Positions 26,726-35,448 of a stretch of 40,739 nucleotides of DNA are shown piece after piece. The stretch lies in assembly GCA_963692865.2 (NCBI GenBank), contig CAXXHI010000004.1:1-40739 (forward strand), in the 5' to 3' direction. Within the stretch, counting starts at the first letter, position 1; each line of letters opens with the position of its first letter. The stretch is from a bacterium. Lineage in GTDB: Bacteria > UBA8248. The notes under the pieces are model-generated. The model ran no database searches and was not told the DNA's origin. It worked only from the letters and a program-made list of their open reading frames with translations. Both the position numbers and the translations under genes were made by a program.

Positions 26726-27919
26726 TTACCATTCATCCACGCCGGCGGGGGCGAGAAGCGGCGCGGCCTTGAGCTTTACCGCCTCGTTCGTGCCGAAGCC
26801 GTGCAGATAGCTCAGCACGTCGCGCCAGCATTTCTCGGGCGTCGGCCTGTCGTTATGCCAGGCCGCGCCCGTCCTCCCCCAGACCTCCATCGCGGTGCGG
26901 CAGACCCTGATGCCGGCTTCTGAGGCGAACACCTTGGACATCAGGCGGCGCTTCGAATCGTCCGTCGGCTTTTCCGCATGCCATGCCGCAGAATACAGGT
27001 AGGTCCGCGCCGCCTCAATCAGCATATACATTTCCGTGAGCGCCATCTGCGCCCACTGCTCGTCCGCCGCGCCGTTCTCCTGCGCCGCCGTTCGCGCGAG
27101 ATCGTAAGCCAAGCGTGAGGGACCCATCACCGGGATGAGCGCGCCGCTGACCATTCTCTTCAGGATGGATAAGCCGCCGTTCCACTCGCCGAAGAGGTTG
27201 TGCGCGGGCACGCGGCAGTTCCTGAGCACGAGTTCGCCGTTTTGGAGCAGCCGCCTGCCGAGCTTCGAGTGCGCCTCGCCGATCTCGAAGCCTTCCGTGT
27301 CGCGCGGCACGAGGAAGCAGGTGAGGCCCTCGCTCATCTTCTTCTCGGGCGCCGTCCTCGCGAAGATGAAGTAATACTTCGCAAGTCCTCCGTTCGAGAT
27401 GTAGTGCTTCGTGCCGTTCAGGACGTAGAAATCGCCCTCTTGTTTCGCCGTCATGCGCGGGCCTGCGCCCGGCGCGTCGTACATGAGGAAGGTGTCGGTT
27501 CCGCTCTGGGGCTCCGTGGTGGCGAGGGCGAGGAGCGCCCTCGGGTCGTTCATGAAGTCTTCGAGGTACAGGTCGCGCTGAACCTGGGTGGTCTCGTTCG
27601 TGAGCAGTTGCGTGAATTTATACGTCTGATCCATCGAGACGGCGACGCCCAGGTCTCCGTAGGCTATCTCTTCGGCCACCATGGCCTGCACCAGATGACG
27701 CGCGCCGAAGCCGCCGAACCTCTCGGGGACGGTGAGCGTTCTGAGTCCTGCGGCGTCGATTTTATCGGCGATATGCCAGGGATAGGCCTCGCCCGGCGCG
27801 TAGTTCCTGTCCCTCGCCGCGGCGATGGGGAGGATGTCCTCACGCGCTATCGCTCGCGCGCGGCGCGCCATCTCTGATTCTTCGGGGGTCAGGTCCGGCA
27901 TCATGGCGTTCGGGCGCAT
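26726..27919 (-). CDS. Acyl-CoA dehydrogenase family protein (true start may be 27904)
   Basis: TTEPQSGTD, LNGTKHYISNGG, KLGRR and AMEVWG...EKCWRD; the catalytic Glu position is occupied by Phe (HGFGTNE). Confidence 0.9.
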   Translation of the reverse strand: MRPNAMMPDLTPEESEMARRARAIAREDILPIAAARDRNYAPGEAYPWHIADKIDAAGLRTLTVPERFGGFGARHLVQAMVAEEIAYGDLGVAVSMDQTYKFTQLLTNETTQVQRDLYLEDFMNDPRALLALATTEPQSGTDTFLMYDAPGAGPRMTAKQEGDFYVLNGTKHYISNGGLAKYYFIFARTAPEKKMSEGLTCFLVPRDTEGFEIGEAHSKLGRRLLQNGELVLRNCRVPAHNLFGEWNGGLSILKRMVSGALIPVMGPSRLAYDLARTAAQENGAADEQWAQMALTEMYMLIEAARTYLYSAAWHAEKPTDDSKRRLMSKVFASEAGIRVCRTAMEVWGRTGAAWHNDRPTPEKCWRDVLSYLHGFGTNEAVKLKAAPLLAPAGVDEW

Positions 27920-27964
27920 CCTCCGGATACGGGGTGGGAAAGCGTAGTTTCGTCCGATTCCATA

Positions 27965-27993
27965 GCACTACTTGAGACGATATGTTCTGTCAA
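27965..27993 (-). promoter_or_regulatory. Possible sigma70 promoter for the ACAD-aldolase-ACAD-aminotransferase operon
   Basis: Minus-strand TTGACA, 17-nt spacer, TAGTGC (weak -10), in an AT-rich patch. Confidence 0.35.
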
Positions 27994-28059
27994 TCATATT
28001 GGGGTATACCGTGGAGGCGTAAACCTTTTGGTCGATGAGGCGTATCGCCGCCCCGGAGG

Positions 28060-28481
28060 TGGTTGTTGAAAAATCCCTGATTTCGTGATTCGGGGTATTG
28101 AGCCGACCGGGGAGGGGATACATACCCACCCAAGTTTTGAGACGTAGGGGCGGCCCCCCGTGGCCGCCCGTATCGAATATGTCCATTCCCGTGGTTGGCT
28201 TCGCATGGACAGGCGCGGGGGCCTGTCCCTACAGGTGGTGCGGTTTTGTTCGTCATTCCGGCAATCATTCTCGCCTGATGAGGAAGAGAATGCGGAATCC
28301 AGAAATGTCCCACGCGGGACATTTCACCTTGCCTTTGTTTTTTTGTTTGTTTTGTATTCCCGCCAATGAGTGGGGGATGAAAAACCGGAGCGTCGCCATT
28401 CTCCTCGGCTCTGGATTCCGGCATGCGCCGGAATGACGGCGGTGGCCAATTGCGAGCGAGGAGGACTTTTTCAACCACCCC
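28060..28481. mobile_element. MITE-like element C with REP cargo
   Basis: GGTTGTTGAAAAAT...ACTTTTTCAACCACCCC ends; GTAG-REP pair at 28144-28232; GTCATTCCGG...CCGGAATGACG pair at ~28251-28439. Confidence 0.7.
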
Positions 28482-28606
28482 GATGAGCGAGCGTTTGCCG
28501 CGACCGGGGCGGCGAATGCACCGTAGGTTTCGGTCTTCCCGAGGAAGGAAGACCGACCCCTGAGGGGGCGGTGGCGCCCGGAAGGCGAGGATGGGAGCGT
28601 GCGCGC

Positions 28607-29569
28607 ATGAAAATCGTGATTCCGGATGACTACGAGGGCAACTTCATGGACTCGCCCCAGCTCGCGCGCCTCATGGAGCTTGGCGAGGTGGACCATTTCA
28701 CCGAGCGGCCTGCGAGTGAGGAGGAGATGGCCGCGCGCATCGCAGGTGCGGACGTTATCCTCACCGTTCGCTACCAGACGGACTTCAAGAACACTGCATT
28801 GCTCGGCGCAGCGCGCAAATTGCGTTTGATCTCTATCTGGGGCACGCGCCCCCGGGCGGTGGACATGAAGCGCGCGCGGGAGCGCGGCGTATCCGTCGCC
28901 GTGACGCCGGGTGCGGGGAGTCCCTCCGTGGCCGAGCACACGATGATGATGGTCCTGGCGCTGGCGAAGCGGCTCCCCTTTCAGGGACCCGCCATGCGGG
29001 CGGGGGCGTGGGAGCGCGTCCGGGGCGTGGAGCTTCTCGGCAAGACGCTCTCCGTGATCGGCTTCGGTCACATCGGGAGCAAGGTGGTTCCCATGGCGCG
29101 GGGCTTCGGGATGGAGGCGCTCGCCTGGTCGAAGAATATGACGCCCGAGCGCGCCGCCGGGGCCGGTGCGCGCGCGGCCACGCTCGATGCGTGTATGCGC
29201 GCCGATTTCGTGACGATACAGCTTCACGTGACGCCCGAGACGAGGGGAATCATCTCCCGCGAGCGCATCGCGCGGATGAAGCCCACGGCGTATCTGATAA
29301 ACACCTCGCGCGCGGCGCTCGTGGACATGGACGCCCTGCTCGACGCGCTGCGGGAGAAGCGGATCGCGGGCGCGGGCCTCGACGTGTTCGAGCCGGAAGA
29401 ACCCCTGGCGGGGGATTCCCCGTTCCGCTCGCTCGATAACGTCGTCCTCACCCCCCACGTCGCCGCGCATACCGAGGGGGCGGTGGAGCGCGAAGCGCGC
29501 ATCGCGGTGGACAACGTGGAGGCCTTCATTCGTGGAAACCCGCAGAATCTCGTGTTCGAGGACGCCTGA
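28607..29569 (+). CDS. D-isomer-specific 2-hydroxyacid dehydrogenase
   Basis: SVAEH, GFGHIG, INTSR, GLDVFEPEEP and LTPHVA (R/E/H triad). Confidence 0.93.
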   Translation: MKIVIPDDYEGNFMDSPQLARLMELGEVDHFTERPASEEEMAARIAGADVILTVRYQTDFKNTALLGAARKLRLISIWGTRPRAVDMKRARERGVSVAVTPGAGSPSVAEHTMMMVLALAKRLPFQGPAMRAGAWERVRGVELLGKTLSVIGFGHIGSKVVPMARGFGMEALAWSKNMTPERAAGAGARAATLDACMRADFVTIQLHVTPETRGIISRERIARMKPTAYLINTSRAALVDMDALLDALREKRIAGAGLDVFEPEEPLAGDSPFRSLDNVVLTPHVAAHTEGAVEREARIAVDNVEAFIRGNPQNLVFEDA

Positions 29570-29580
29570 GGCGCATCAGG

Positions 29581-29902
29581 AGGGTTGTTGAAAAAGCCCT
29601 GTATTCGTGATTTGGCGAATGGAATCGACCGGGAAGTGGGGTTTGTAGCGGACAACCCCCAATGGTTGTCCGAGACCCCTGCGCCTGTCCGAGGAAGCTA
29701 CGAGGCCATGCGGTTTTGTTCGTCATTCCGGCGAAAGCCGGAATCCATTGTTACGCTTTTTTGCCTTTCGTCAGGGTTTCCGCGCATCGTCAGGGAATGA
29801 AACGCCGCTATTCATTCACCCGCATCCGCAAATGGATTCCGGCTTTCGCCGGAATGACGGCAGTAGTCAATTCTGAGCGAGGAGGGCTTTTCCAACAACC
29901 CC
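29581..29902. mobile_element. MITE-like element D with a REP doublet
   Basis: GGGTTGTTGAAAAAGCCC...GGGCTTTTCCAACAACCC terminal inverted repeats; subterminal ~50 bp shared with elements C and F; REP doublet at 29721-29859. Confidence 0.75.
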
Positions 29903-29996
29903 GGGGAGAGCGCTTCCGGCCATGCGCGAAGCGTTTCCTTGTTGTAGTCTTTGAGCAAATCACGCGGCTTCATACTTATAAAAGAGAGGGAACGAG

Positions 29997-30716
29997 ATGA
30001 GCTATCGAATCGAGACGGCGCAGGTACAGGGCAGCGAGATGGAGATTTACCTGTATGAGCCGGAGGGAGCGGGGCCCTTTCCTGGGCTGGTGCTCTGCCA
30101 GCACATACCGGGCCACGCGGGGATCGATGGCGACCCCTTCACGCTCCAAACGGCGGAGCGCTACCGGGAGAACGGCTACGCGGTGTCCGTCCCCTTTCTC
30201 TATCACTGGTGGCCCAAGGAAGACGACATGCAGATAAAGCGCGATGAGTTCAACGACGCGCAGACGGAACTGGACCTGAAAGCGGGCTTCGACGCCCTGG
30301 CGGCGATCGAGAGCGTGGACGCGGCCCGGATCGGCGTCGTCGGGCACTGCTGGGGCGGGCGCGTGAGCTGGCTTGCCGCGTGCACGGATTCGCGCTACGC
30401 CGCGTGCGCGGTCTTCTACGGCGGCGGGATGAAGGAGGTGCGCGGCGCGGGCAACCCGCCCGCCATCGAGCTGACCGCGAACATCGCGTGCCCCGTCATC
30501 GGGGTGTTCGGGAACGAGGATCAGAACCCCTCGCCCGAAGACGTGGACGACTACGAGGCGGCGCTCAAGAACGCGGGCGCCGAATACGTATTCCACCGCT
30601 ACGACGGCGCCGGCCACGCCTTCCAGTGGGAGGACAACCCCGAGCGCTTCCGCGCCGCGCAGAGCGAGGACTCCTGGGAGAAGACGCTCGCGTTTTTCGC
30701 CGAGAAGCTGGGGTGA
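29997..30716 (+). CDS. Dienelactone hydrolase family protein
   Basis: GHCWGG nucleophile, GNED and AGHAF triad motifs; GAGGG RBS. Confidence 0.92.
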   Translation: MSYRIETAQVQGSEMEIYLYEPEGAGPFPGLVLCQHIPGHAGIDGDPFTLQTAERYRENGYAVSVPFLYHWWPKEDDMQIKRDEFNDAQTELDLKAGFDALAAIESVDAARIGVVGHCWGGRVSWLAACTDSRYAACAVFYGGGMKEVRGAGNPPAIELTANIACPVIGVFGNEDQNPSPEDVDDYEAALKNAGAEYVFHRYDGAGHAFQWEDNPERFRAAQSEDSWEKTLAFFAEKLG

Positions 30717-30750
30717 GGATAACTCTAAAACAGCTAAACGGCAGGGATTT

Positions 30751-31479
30751 TCAAGCCGCATGGACCTTTTGCATGGCCGGCTCGATATCGGCCATGACGA
30801 ATAATCGTGGATAGGCCGAGCGACCGTTCACCTTAAACACGCGCGCATCTATGTTCCCGTGCTCGATCCAGCCCCGTACCGTTTGAGCTTGCAACCGATT
30901 GATGTAGCCGAGTCGGACGTCATTTTCTCGGGCTATTTCGATTGCATCAGAATCATACTCGTTTGTTGGTTCGAGCCGGAAAATCAAGGGTTCATCGACA
31001 GCGAGGTCAAGCGCATCGTTTCGGTAATGTCGGTAACCCGAGACGTCGAAAACGTAGCGAAAGGGGCGGTCGAAACCATCGAAAGTCTCGGTGACGCCGA
31101 AGCTGTCGCCGGTTACGCGGGCGCCCGTATAGGCCAACAGGCTGAGGTTGGAGAAATCGGCTTGCGGCGAGAGGCCGAACGTCTCCAGGAATTCATGAAA
31201 GTCGGGCCGATCTCGGGGCGGCAGCCGTCGGGCCAGCACGTCGAGCGCAGTTTCGGCTTCGTGCGCATCGCCGAGCGCCAAGCCGGGATAGCCACGGAAT
31301 CCAGCTTCCATAACCGGAGCAAGGCTGCCTTCATCCAGATAAGAGAACGCCACGCCTCCCTCGCACTGCAACAATTCGGCGACCGCGAACCTGTCGCGGG
31401 AACCGGGCTGTTCTAGTGGGCGCTGCCACGTAAATAAAGCCCGGCGCGTCTGTATGGGGTCGGTGATCAAGTCCGTCAT
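30751..31479 (-). CDS. HipS-like/HIRAN-domain protein (putative antitoxin or sensor)
   Basis: N-half W.....R..V.EL.....F.Y...GF.GYPG...LARRLPPRDRPDF...LL..TGA....D; C-half HIRAN VSGYRHY...EPTNEYDSDAI......LGYI.R. Start overlaps the kinase stop (ATGA). Confidence 0.82.
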   Translation of the reverse strand: MTDLITDPIQTRRALFTWQRPLEQPGSRDRFAVAELLQCEGGVAFSYLDEGSLAPVMEAGFRGYPGLALGDAHEAETALDVLARRLPPRDRPDFHEFLETFGLSPQADFSNLSLLAYTGARVTGDSFGVTETFDGFDRPFRYVFDVSGYRHYRNDALDLAVDEPLIFRLEPTNEYDSDAIEIARENDVRLGYINRLQAQTVRGWIEHGNIDARVFKVNGRSAYPRLFVMADIEPAMQKVHAA

Positions 31480-32435
31480 TTTTTCGTCTCGCGGAGGATG
31501 TTCTCGATGCGCTCCATGCCGAGTTTCAGAATAGCATAGATGTGTTCTGCCCTTCTATCCGTGAGCGCATAGGGCTCCGGCAGTTCGACGCGTGCGACAA
31601 TCTCATGTACCAACTTGTTCACGATCTCCAGGTCGATTCCGGCTACTTCTTCAAAGACAACGCGGCCCTCCGGGTGATGTTCCAACAATTTGTGACATAG
31701 AGGCTCGAAGTGGGCTCCATTCTTCATGGGTTCTTCGAGACGAACGTGATGTCTCCCGGATTTTCTGAATCGGTTCATGCGGTCTACTTTGAGGCGGCCA
31801 TCTTCGTCAAAATATCGATCCAGCCCTACGAGATCCAGCCCACATCCCATGCTCGACCCGTGATCGTAAAGTGCCGCCATTCTGGCCGGGACTGCAGGTT
31901 CTGAAGTTACAATAACAGCCCAGTTCTCCGCGTGGCGATCCGTGTTGGATATCAGTGTATCCAGAGCAAGCGCCCGTGACCAGAAAATCATAAAATCAGA
32001 GCGTTTAATCTTGAAGCTCGGGGCAATTACATCGGTGTAGGTTCGAAGAATCAAGGGCAAGGTATGGTGCTGTCCTTTGTCCACGTCGAATTCAGGGTCA
32101 ACCTCTTTGCATAGTTGCCAGCCTTCGATGAAATGTTCTGGAACTTCGGGTTGGTAAATATAGTGGAGCAGATTCCCCGGCTTGCCGTTTCGAACGCCCA
32201 AAGATACATGCTGGACGTCCCAGCACAAAAGATCGCCTGCGATGAACGATGCGAGAAGTTCCGACCAAATCTGATGCTCACGATGTTCTTTTGGCAGCTT
32301 GAAGATAAAATGTTGATTGTCTCTGTCGCGGATGAGCGTCAGCTTAGCCCGGGAACCGGTCGGGCGCTCATAGGCAACCTCCCAATTATCGATATCATGT
32401 TCTACGTCCAAGGAAATATGTGTGAAGTCGTTCAA
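31476..32435 (-). CDS. HipA-family (CtkA/HipT-like) Ser/Thr kinase
   Basis: TGSRAK loop, FIFK lysine, WSELLAS, catalytic LDTLISNTDRHAENW and Mg-binding LYDHGSS; TTG start. Confidence 0.87.
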   Translation of the reverse strand: MNDFTHISLDVEHDIDNWEVAYERPTGSRAKLTLIRDRDNQHFIFKLPKEHREHQIWSELLASFIAGDLLCWDVQHVSLGVRNGKPGNLLHYIYQPEVPEHFIEGWQLCKEVDPEFDVDKGQHHTLPLILRTYTDVIAPSFKIKRSDFMIFWSRALALDTLISNTDRHAENWAVIVTSEPAVPARMAALYDHGSSMGCGLDLVGLDRYFDEDGRLKVDRMNRFRKSGRHHVRLEEPMKNGAHFEPLCHKLLEHHPEGRVVFEEVAGIDLEIVNKLVHEIVARVELPEPYALTDRRAEHIYAILKLGMERIENILRETKK

Positions 32436-32483
32436 TCGATTATCTCGCTCATTTCTGAAGCGTCGTTGAATACTCGAACCCCC

Positions 32484-33806
32484 CTAAAAATCAGACTCGA
32501 GAATCCACACGCCCGCGCCGAGGCGTTCGCTGATGTAGGCCCTGCCGTCCGCCGCCATGTAGACGTCGTCCACCTGGACCTGCAGGAGTTCGTAGTCTCT
32601 CCCCCACAGGGGGCGGATGGGGTCGCGCCGGGGCGTCTCGGGCACGTAGTGGGCGACTTCCTTGGGCTTGAGCGGGTCTTCGATGTCGAACACGCGCAGG
32701 CCGCCGTTGAACCACGTCATGTAAACTCGGGTTTCGTCGATCAGCGAATCGGGGCGGTTCTCGTGCAGGTTGTGCGGGCCGGAGCGTCCGCCGCGCTCGG
32801 CGTAATCGCCCTCGGGGTGGGGGAAGGTGGAGAGCACCTTCGGGTTTTTCTCATCCGATATGTCCATCACGCGGATTTGCTTCTGAATATCTTCCATGTC
32901 CTCGGCGGTGCATTCATCCGAGACGATGCAGATGTTCCGCTCCGGCAGGGGCAGCACGGAGTGCGTGGCCGAACTCTCTTCGGGCGGCCACTCGGTGTGG
33001 CTGATGAGCGCGGGATTCGTGATGTCGGCGATGTCCAGAATGATGAAGCCCGAATCCCACCACGCGCCGTAGCACCTCTCGCCCACGTTCATGGACATGT
33101 GCACGCAGGCGCGTTTTTTCCGCATCCCCTCGGGCGCCTCGCCGCCGAGGGGGATGTATTCGCCCTTGCGGTTCTTCTTGAAGCGGAACTGGCCCATCTG
33201 GTGCCAGTCGCGCTCCTCATCAATGCGCATGCCCGGCATCGCCCAGCGGCCCACCTCCCTGGGGCGCGTGGGGTCTCCCAGATCGATGATCTTCAGGAAC
33301 TGGTCGATGTATTCATCGTCCCCGGCCGTCAGAAACGCGTAGCGCCCGTCGCCGAACCAGAACCGGTGCACCCCGCGCCCGCCGGTGTGGAAATAGCCCA
33401 GCGGGCGGAGTTCGGGCAGGTTCGATACGTCGTAGATGTCGATTCCCGCCTTGAAGGGCTCGAAGTCGGGGCCGCGCCCGCCGAACTGCTCGTTGTTGAC
33501 GACCATGATGTCGCCCACGATCTGGAGCTTGTTGTTGTGCGTGTTGCGCGGGGCGGGAATCTGGTTCAAGAGCCTGGGCTTGCGGGGGTTCGAGGCGTCG
33601 ACCACGCTCGTGCCCGCGCCCGACATGCCCACGTGGCCGCAGAGGATGAAGTCGTCCTTCACGAGAAGCTGCATGACGTCGCCCTTGTTGCGGCCGCCGA
33701 AATCGCAGTGGCCCAGGAGCTTGAAGCCGTTCGCCTCCTCGGGGGTCATCTCCTTGCCCGGTTTTCCGCGCCCGGGCGGAATCGTCGGGTCCGGCGCGCA
33801 TTCCAT
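32484..33806 (-). CDS. LVIVD-repeat (beta-propeller) protein
   Basis: Repeated units VVDASNPRKP, IYDVSNLPEL, IIDLGDPTRP, ILDIADITNP, VMDISDEKNP and VFDIEDPLKP; AAGGAGG RBS before ATG 33806. Confidence 0.88.
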   Translation of the reverse strand: MECAPDPTIPPGRGKPGKEMTPEEANGFKLLGHCDFGGRNKGDVMQLLVKDDFILCGHVGMSGAGTSVVDASNPRKPRLLNQIPAPRNTHNNKLQIVGDIMVVNNEQFGGRGPDFEPFKAGIDIYDVSNLPELRPLGYFHTGGRGVHRFWFGDGRYAFLTAGDDEYIDQFLKIIDLGDPTRPREVGRWAMPGMRIDEERDWHQMGQFRFKKNRKGEYIPLGGEAPEGMRKKRACVHMSMNVGERCYGAWWDSGFIILDIADITNPALISHTEWPPEESSATHSVLPLPERNICIVSDECTAEDMEDIQKQIRVMDISDEKNPKVLSTFPHPEGDYAERGGRSGPHNLHENRPDSLIDETRVYMTWFNGGLRVFDIEDPLKPKEVAHYVPETPRRDPIRPLWGRDYELLQVQVDDVYMAADGRAYISERLGAGVWILESDF

Positions 33807-33918
33807 GTCGCTCCCCTCCTTCGATGAGATGGCGGGATTATACCGTTGCCCGAGGCGAATCGGCCAGCGATGACGAACCTGTGGACGTATACGCCATCGA
33901 ACGACGCCTCCGCATCTC

Positions 33919-34203
33919 GGGGCTGTTGGAAAAGTCTCCCCCCAAAAGGATGGATTTCCCCATCGACGTGCGCTTATCAAACCACTCCCCTCTTATGCAG
34001 CATTTCCTTCCGACTAAAGAGAAGAACCACTCCCCCTTAGTCGGGATGACAATAGAAGTGTAGGGGTCGCATATTATGCGACCCGCATTGTGAATGCGAA
34101 AAGGCTGGGCCGCATGTATGCGGCCCCTACAATAGGAGCGGCAATAACGCTGGAATGACGGCAGTGGTCACTTTTGGGCAAGGAGAGGTTTTTCAACAAC
34201 CCT
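33919..34203. mobile_element. MITE-like element E with REP cargo
   Basis: GGGGCTGTTGGAAAA...TTTTTCAACAACCC ends; GTAG-REP pair at 34060-34130; the right subterminal GGAATGACGGCAGTGGTCA... matches elements C and D; ACCACTCCCC occurs twice. Confidence 0.65.
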
Positions 34204-34316
34204 CCAAGAGGGAGTGATTCCATCATTCCCTGCCACATCCAGAACCTCCTTCCCGCGGTCGAGAGGCGTATGAAATTCCCGTTTATTTTCACGGACTACT
34301 CCTGTAGGCTTCCCCC

Positions 34317-34595
34317 ATGTCGAAACTGGCCCTGAACCGCTTGATCCACGACATCCAGCCCCTTGAGAAGCGCGAGGCGTTCCTGCGCGACCCGCACGGG
34401 TTCGCGCGCGGGTACGACGTAACCGACGCGGAACTGGCGGCGGTCCGCGATTCCGACGTGCGCGCGCTGTGGAAGTTCGGCGCGAACCCCTACCTGCTGC
34501 GCGTGCTGCAGATGCGCGCCGGGATATCGGATGGGGAATACAGGGCTGCGCTGGCGGGCCTATCCTATCCGCGGCCCGACGAGGGGGAGATATAA
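34317..34595 (+). CDS. Extradiol ring-cleavage dioxygenase small subunit (LigA/CarBa-like)
   Basis: REAFLRDP......YDVTDAELAAVRDSDVRALWKFGANPYLL pattern; directly upstream of a LigB-like gene. Confidence 0.8.
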   Translation: MSKLALNRLIHDIQPLEKREAFLRDPHGFARGYDVTDAELAAVRDSDVRALWKFGANPYLLRVLQMRAGISDGEYRAALAGLSYPRPDEGEI

Positions 34596-34596
34596 G

Positions 34597-35424
34597 GTGG
34601 CGCAGATCGTCGGCGCCTTCGCGGCGAGCCACACGCCTCTTTTTCTGCTCAGGCATGACGCGCCCGCAGAAGAGGTGAGGGAAGAGGTTTTCTCCGCCTA
34701 CCGCAGGATGGCGCGCGAGATCGTGGAGAGAGGGGCCGAGGCGATGGTCCTGCTGGGGAACGACCACCTGCACGCCTTCTCCATGGACAGATACCCCGCC
34801 CTGGCGGTCGGCGCGGGCCCCCGGTTCGGCCCGGTGGAGACCGAGCCTTTTCTGCCGGGCGACGTTTACGAGGGCGCGGAGGGGCTGGCCTCCCATCTGG
34901 CGCGCGGGCTGCTGGCGAACGGCTTCGACCCCCTGGTTTGCCGCGAACTGGCGCTGGATCATTCCTTCGTCTCGCCACTGGCCTTGATGGGCGATACGGG
35001 CCTCCCCGTCGTCCCGGTCCTGCAAAACACGGTGGCGCCGCCCCTGCCGCCCGCAGCGAGAGCGTACGATCTCGGCGTCTCGCTCAGGCGACTGCTGGAG
35101 AGCTACACGGGATGCGAGCGCGCCGCCGTCGTGGCGACGGGCGCGCCCTCGCACTGGATAGGGACGCCCGAGCTGGGCGATATCGACGAGGCGTGGGACC
35201 GCGAGGTGATCGACATGCTGCGCCGCGCGGACGCGAAGGGTCTCTCCGCGTGGCCGCAAGAGAAGATCGATAAGGGCGGGAACGGGGGCAACGAGATCAG
35301 GACGTGGATATCCGCCGCGGCTCTCAGCGGAGACACCGAGGCGAATCTTTGGACCTACCGGATAGAACCCCTGTGGTTCCTGGGGGTGACGGTAATCGAG
35401 TGGCCCATCGGGCCCGCTCTTTGA
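34597..35424 (+). CDS. Class III extradiol dioxygenase catalytic subunit (LigB/MhpB/CarBb-like)
   Basis: ASHTP, NDH..AF, LDHS..SP, TG.PSHW and G.NEIRTW metal/catalytic motifs; GTG start just after the upstream stop codon. Confidence 0.88.
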   Translation: MAQIVGAFAASHTPLFLLRHDAPAEEVREEVFSAYRRMAREIVERGAEAMVLLGNDHLHAFSMDRYPALAVGAGPRFGPVETEPFLPGDVYEGAEGLASHLARGLLANGFDPLVCRELALDHSFVSPLALMGDTGLPVVPVLQNTVAPPLPPAARAYDLGVSLRRLLESYTGCERAAVVATGAPSHWIGTPELGDIDEAWDREVIDMLRRADAKGLSAWPQEKIDKGGNGGNEIRTWISAAALSGDTEANLWTYRIEPLWFLGVTVIEWPIGPAL

Positions 35425-35448
35425 GCGACAGCGAAGGAGGGTGAGGGA

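Noticed and set aside
30722-32492. CTAAAA on both sides of the kinase-HIRAN cassette as a target-site duplication
   Set aside because: Only 6 bp, and the right copy is part of the LVIVD stop/Phe codons; not distinguishable from chance without an empty allele.
32115-33827. 570-aa plus-strand ORF and other long antisense or alternative-frame ORFs (e.g. 34168-35739, 28265-29470, 21367-22575, 1052-1990)
   Set aside because: They overlap well-supported genes, are low-information translations expected at high GC, and have no motifs.
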